Shown: one piece after another, positions 59,970-64,000 of the stretch
Position numbering within the stretch: the stretch's first letter is position 1
Layout of the letters: each line of letters opens with the position of its first letter
Assembly (NCBI GenBank): GCA_964016885.1
Contig: OZ024764.1
Location: forward strand, 21,452,001-21,516,000
Length of the DNA: 64,000 bases
Direction: 5' to 3'
Source of the DNA: Eledone cirrhosa
Taxonomy: Eukaryota
Notes under the pieces: model-generated
What the model was told of the DNA's origin: nothing
The model's database searches: none
What the model saw: only the letters and a program-made list of their open reading frames with translations
Position numbers and translations under genes: made by a program

Positions 59970-62900
59970 TAATAACTACTTTTATCAGTCAGTTTAATCT
60001 AGTGTCACTAATAACTACTTTTATCAGTCAGTTTAATCTAATGTAATAACTACTTTTATCAGTCAGTATAATCTAATGTCACTAATAACTACTTTTATCA
60101 GTCAGTATAATCTAATGTCACTAATAACTACTTTTATCAGTCAGTTCAATCTAATGTCACTAATAACTACTTTTATCAGTCAGTTCAATCTAATGTCACT
60201 AATAACTACTTTTATCAGTCAGTATAATCTAATGTCACTAATAACTACTTTTATCAGTCAGTTTAATCTAATGTAATAACTACTTTTATCAGTCAGTTTA
60301 ATCTAGTGTCACTAATAACTACTTTTATCAGTCAGTTTAATCTAATGTAATAACTACTTTTATCAGTCAGTATAATCTAATGTCACTAATAACTACTTTT
60401 ATCAGTCAGTATAATCTAATGTAATAACTACTTTTATCAGTCAGTATAATCTAATGTCACTAATAACTACTTTTATCAGTCAGTATAATCTAATGTCACT
60501 AATAACTACTTTTATCAGTCAGTTTAATCTAATGTCACTAATAACTACTTTTATCAGTCAGTTTAATCTAATGTCACTAATAACTACTTTTATCAGTCAG
60601 TTTAATCTAATGTCACTAATAACTACTTTTATCAGTCAGTTTAATCTAATGTCACTAATAACTACTTTTATCAGTCAGTTTAATCTAATGTCACTAATAA
60701 CTACTTTTATCAGTCAGTTTAATCTAATGTCACTAATAACTACTTTTATCAGTCAGTTTAATCTAATGTCACTAATAACTACTTTCATCAGTCAGTTTAA
60801 TCTACTGCCACTAATAACTACTTTTATCAGTCAGTATAATCTAATGTCACTAATAACTACTTTTATCAGTCAGTTTAATCTACTGCCACTAATAACTACT
60901 TTTATCAGTCAGTATAATCTAATGTCACTAATAACTACTTTTATCAGTCAGTATAATCTACTGCCACTAATAACTACTTTTATCAATCAGTTTAATCTAA
61001 TGTCACTAATAACTACTTTTATCGGTCAGTTTAATCTAATGTAATAACTACTTTTATCAGTCAGTTTAATCTAATGTCACTAATAACTACTTTTATCAGT
61101 CAGTTTAATCTAATGTCACTAATAACTACTTTTATCAGTCAGTTTAATCTAATGTAATAACTACTTTTATCAGTCAGTTTAATCTAGTGTCACTAATAAC
61201 TACTTTTATCAGTCAGTTTAATCTAATGTAATAACTACTTTTATCAGTCAGTATAATCTAATGTCACTAATAACTACTTTTATCAGTCAGTATAATCTAA
61301 TGTCACTAATAACTACTTTTATCAGTCAGTTCAATCTAATGTCACTAATAACTACTTTTATCAGTCAGTTCAATCTAATGTCACTAATAACTACTTTTAT
61401 CAGTCAGTATAATCTAATGTCACTAATAACTACTTTTATCAGTCAGTTTAATCTAATGTAATAACTACTTTTATCAGTCAGTTTAATCTAGTGTCACTAA
61501 TAACTACTTTTATCAGTCAGTTTAATCTAATGTAATAACTACTTTTATCAGTCAGTATAATCTAATGTCACTAATAACTACTTTTATCAGTCAGTATAAT
61601 CTAATGTAATAACTACTTTTATCAGTCAGTATAATCTAATGTCACTAATAACTACTTTTATCAGTCAGTATAATCTAATGTCACTAATAACTACTTTTAT
61701 CAGTCAGTATAATCTAATGTCACTAATAACTACTTTTATCAGTCAGTTTAATCTAATGTCACTAATAACTACTTTTATCAGTCAGTATAATCTACTGCCA
61801 CTAATAACTACTTTTATCAGTCAGTTTAATCTACTGCCACTAATAACTACTTTTATCGGTCAGTTTAATCTAATGTCACTAATAACTACTTTTATCAGTC
61901 AGTTTAATCTAATGTCACTAATAACTACTTTTATCAGTCAGTTTAATCTAATGTCACTAATAACTACTTTTATCAGTCAGTTTAATCTAATGTCACTAAT
62001 AACTACTTTTATCAGTCAGTTTAATCTAATGTCACTAATAACTACTTTCATCAGTCAGTTTAATCTACTGCCACTAATAACTACTTTTATCAGTCAGTAT
62101 AATCTAATGTCACTAATAACTACTTTTATCAGTCAATATAATCTACTGCCACTAATAACTACTTTTATCAATCAGTTTAATCTAATGTCACTAATAACTA
62201 CTTTTATCGGTCAGTTTAATCTAATGTAATAACTACTTTTATCAGTCAGTTTAATCTAATGTCACTAATAACTACTTTTATCAGTCAGTTTAATCTAATG
62301 TCACTAATAACTACTTTTATCAGTCAGTTTAATCTAATGTAATAACTACTTTTATCAGTCAGTTTAATCTAGTGTCACTAATAACTACTTTTATCAGTCA
62401 GTTTAATCTAATGTAATAACTACTTTTATCAGTCAGTATAATCTAATGTCACTAATAACTACTTTTATCAGTCAGTATAATCTAATGTCACTAATAACTA
62501 CTTTTATCAGTCAGTTCAATCTAATGTCACTAATAACTACTTTTATCAGTCAGTTCAATCTAATGTCACTAATAACTACTTTTATCAGTCAGTATAATCT
62601 AATGTCACTAATAACTACTTTTATCAGTCAGTTTAATCTAATGTAATAACTACTTTTATCAGTCAGTTTAATCTAGTGTCACTAATAACTACTTTTATCA
62701 GTCAGTTTAATCTAATGTAATAACTACTTTTATCAGTCAGTATAATCTAATGTCACTAATAACTACTTTTATCAGTCAGTATAATCTAATGTAATAACTA
62801 CTTTTATCAGTCAGTATAATCTAATGTCACTAATAACTACTTTTATCAGTCAGTATAATCTAATGTCACTAATAACTACTTTTATCAGTCAGTATAATCT

Positions 62901-64000
62901 AATGTCACTAATAACTACTTTTATCAGTCAGTTTAATCTAATGTTACTAATAACTACTTTTATCAGTCAGTATAATCTACTGCCACTAATAACTACTTTT
63001 ATCAGTCAGTTTAATCTACTGCCACTAATAACTACTTTTATCAGTCACTTTAATCTAATGTCACTAATAACTACTTTTATCAGTCAGTTTAATCTAATGT
63101 CACTAATAACTACTTTTATCAGTCAGTTTAATCTAATGTCACTAATAACTACTTTTATCAGTCACTTTAATCTAATGTCACTAATAACTACTTTTATCAG
63201 TCAGTTTAATCTAATGTCACTAATAACTACTTTTATCAGTCAGTTTAATCTAATGTCACTAATAACTACTTTTATCAGTCAGTATAATCTAATGTCACTA
63301 ATAACTACTTTCATCAGTCAGTTTAATCTACTGCCACTAATAACTACTTTTATCAGTCAGTATAATCTAATGTCACTAATAACTACTTTTATCAGTCAGT
63401 TTAATCTACTGCCACTAATAACTACTTTTATCAGTCAGTATAATCTAATGTCACTAATAACTACTTTTATCAGTCAGTATAATCTACTGCCACTAATAAC
63501 TACTTTTATCAATCAGTTTAATCTAATGTCACTAATAACTACTTTTATCGGTCAGTTTAATCTAATGTAATAACTACTTTTATCAGTCAGTTTAATCTAA
63601 TGTCACTAATAACTACTTTTATCGGTCAGTTTAATATAATGTAATAACTACTTTTATCAGTCAGTTTAATCTAATGTCACTAATAACTACTTTTATCAGT
63701 CAGTTTAATCTAATGTCACTAATAACTACTTTTATCAGTCAGTTTAATCTAATGTAATAACTACTTTTATCAGTCAGTTTAATCTAGTGTCACTAATAAC
63801 TACTTTTATCAGTCAGTTTAATCTAATGTAATAACTACTTTTATCAGTCAGTATAATCTAATGTCACTAATAACTACTTTTATCAGTCAGTATAATCTAA
63901 TGTCACTAATAACTACTTTTATCAGTCAGTTCAATCTAATGTCACTAATAACTACTTTTATCAGTCAGTTCAATCTAATGTCACTAATAACTACTTTTAT
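59970..64000. repeat. ~1185-bp HOR, 3+ copies (1185, 1185, 1415), continuing past window end
   Basis: Unit starts at 60076/61261/62446/63861 and 60454/61639/62824. Each copy ends with GGT (ATCGGT) marker monomers and contains GTG dimers. Confidence 0.88.

Larger units (their letters stand above)
1..64000. repeat. 39-bp AT-rich tandem satellite array with interspersed 35-, 32- and +T length variants; single orientation, runs off both window ends
   Basis: Consensus ATGTCACTAATAACTACTTTTATCAGTCAGTWTAATCTA recurs from base 20 to the window end with no unique interruption. Most monomers differ from consensus by 0-2 substitutions. Confidence 0.99.

Noticed and set aside
20-63570. More than 100 plus-strand ORFs encoding (MSLITTFISQ[F/Y]NL)n, up to 417 aa
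   Set aside because: The monomer is 13 codons with one stop-free frame and its own ATG. ORFs begin and end only at indel monomers. There is no unique N/C terminus, RBS or promoter context, and frameshifting variants are abundant and amplified. Only Ribo-seq or proteomics evidence would revive this.
1-64000. CRISPR array (repeat length 35-39 bp)
   Set aside because: Repeats are directly adjacent with no unique spacers, no leader, no cas genes and no palindromic repeat stem.
1-64000. TATAAT (-10 box) in the TAT-type monomers as tandem bacterial promoters
   Set aside because: There is no matching -35 element at 16-18 bp spacing and no downstream gene. The hexamer is expected by chance in 74% AT sequence.
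1-64000. TTT/TAT and 39/35 alternation as a deliberate binary code, antigenic-variation cassette or diversity-generating system
   Set aside because: The patterns are explained by nested duplication of monomer blocks. No recombinase, reverse transcriptase, expression site or A-specific mutagenesis is evident.
1-64000. Pure sequencing artefact (rolling-circle/concatemer or low-complexity noise)
   Set aside because: Rare variants recur in consistent, hierarchically nested contexts over tens of kb, which random error or a single-circle concatemer would not produce. Local copy-number misassembly remains possible.
1-64000. Inversions, transposon insertions, RNA genes, G-quadruplexes or canonical telomere repeats
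   Set aside because: No reverse-complement monomers (TAGATTAAACTGACTGATAAAAG) were seen on the + strand. There is no non-satellite sequence, no G-runs and no TTAGGG/TTAGG-type motifs.

Overview
The whole 64 kb window is one uninterrupted, head-to-tail, AT-rich satellite/minisatellite array. The 39-bp consensus monomer is ATGTCACTAATAACTACTTTTATCAGTCAGT(T/A)TAATCTA (10/39 GC). I estimate about 1,650-1,700 monomers. There is a common 35-bp deletion monomer (ATGTAATAAC..., lacking CACT), a rarer 32-bp derivative (ATGTAATTAC...) and +T variants. I see no unique sequence, gene, RNA gene, transposon, CRISPR spacer or strand switch. All listed ORFs (MSLITTFISQ[F/Y]NL)n are best explained as a by-product of a 13-codon monomer with one stop-free frame; they end wherever a 35/32-bp or +T monomer occurs. 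The informative structure lies in the order of variant monomers. It shows (i) a young, near-perfect ~3.99-kb higher-order repeat (HOR) over 1-15.2 kb carrying a 695-bp foreign block with a chimeric junction monomer, (ii) a variant-rich transition zone at ~16.2-17.5 kb, and (iii) a second domain built from nested duplications with periods of 74, 110, 148, 304, 1185, 1416, 3374, 3991, 5594/7010, ~6300, 10590, 13737 and ~18000 bp. This architecture is typical of eukaryotic heterochromatic (centromeric, pericentromeric or subtelomeric) satellite DNA. I do not recognise the family or organism and cannot establish function from sequence alone. HOR boundaries are approximate and were read by eye from marker variants and ORF-track offsets.
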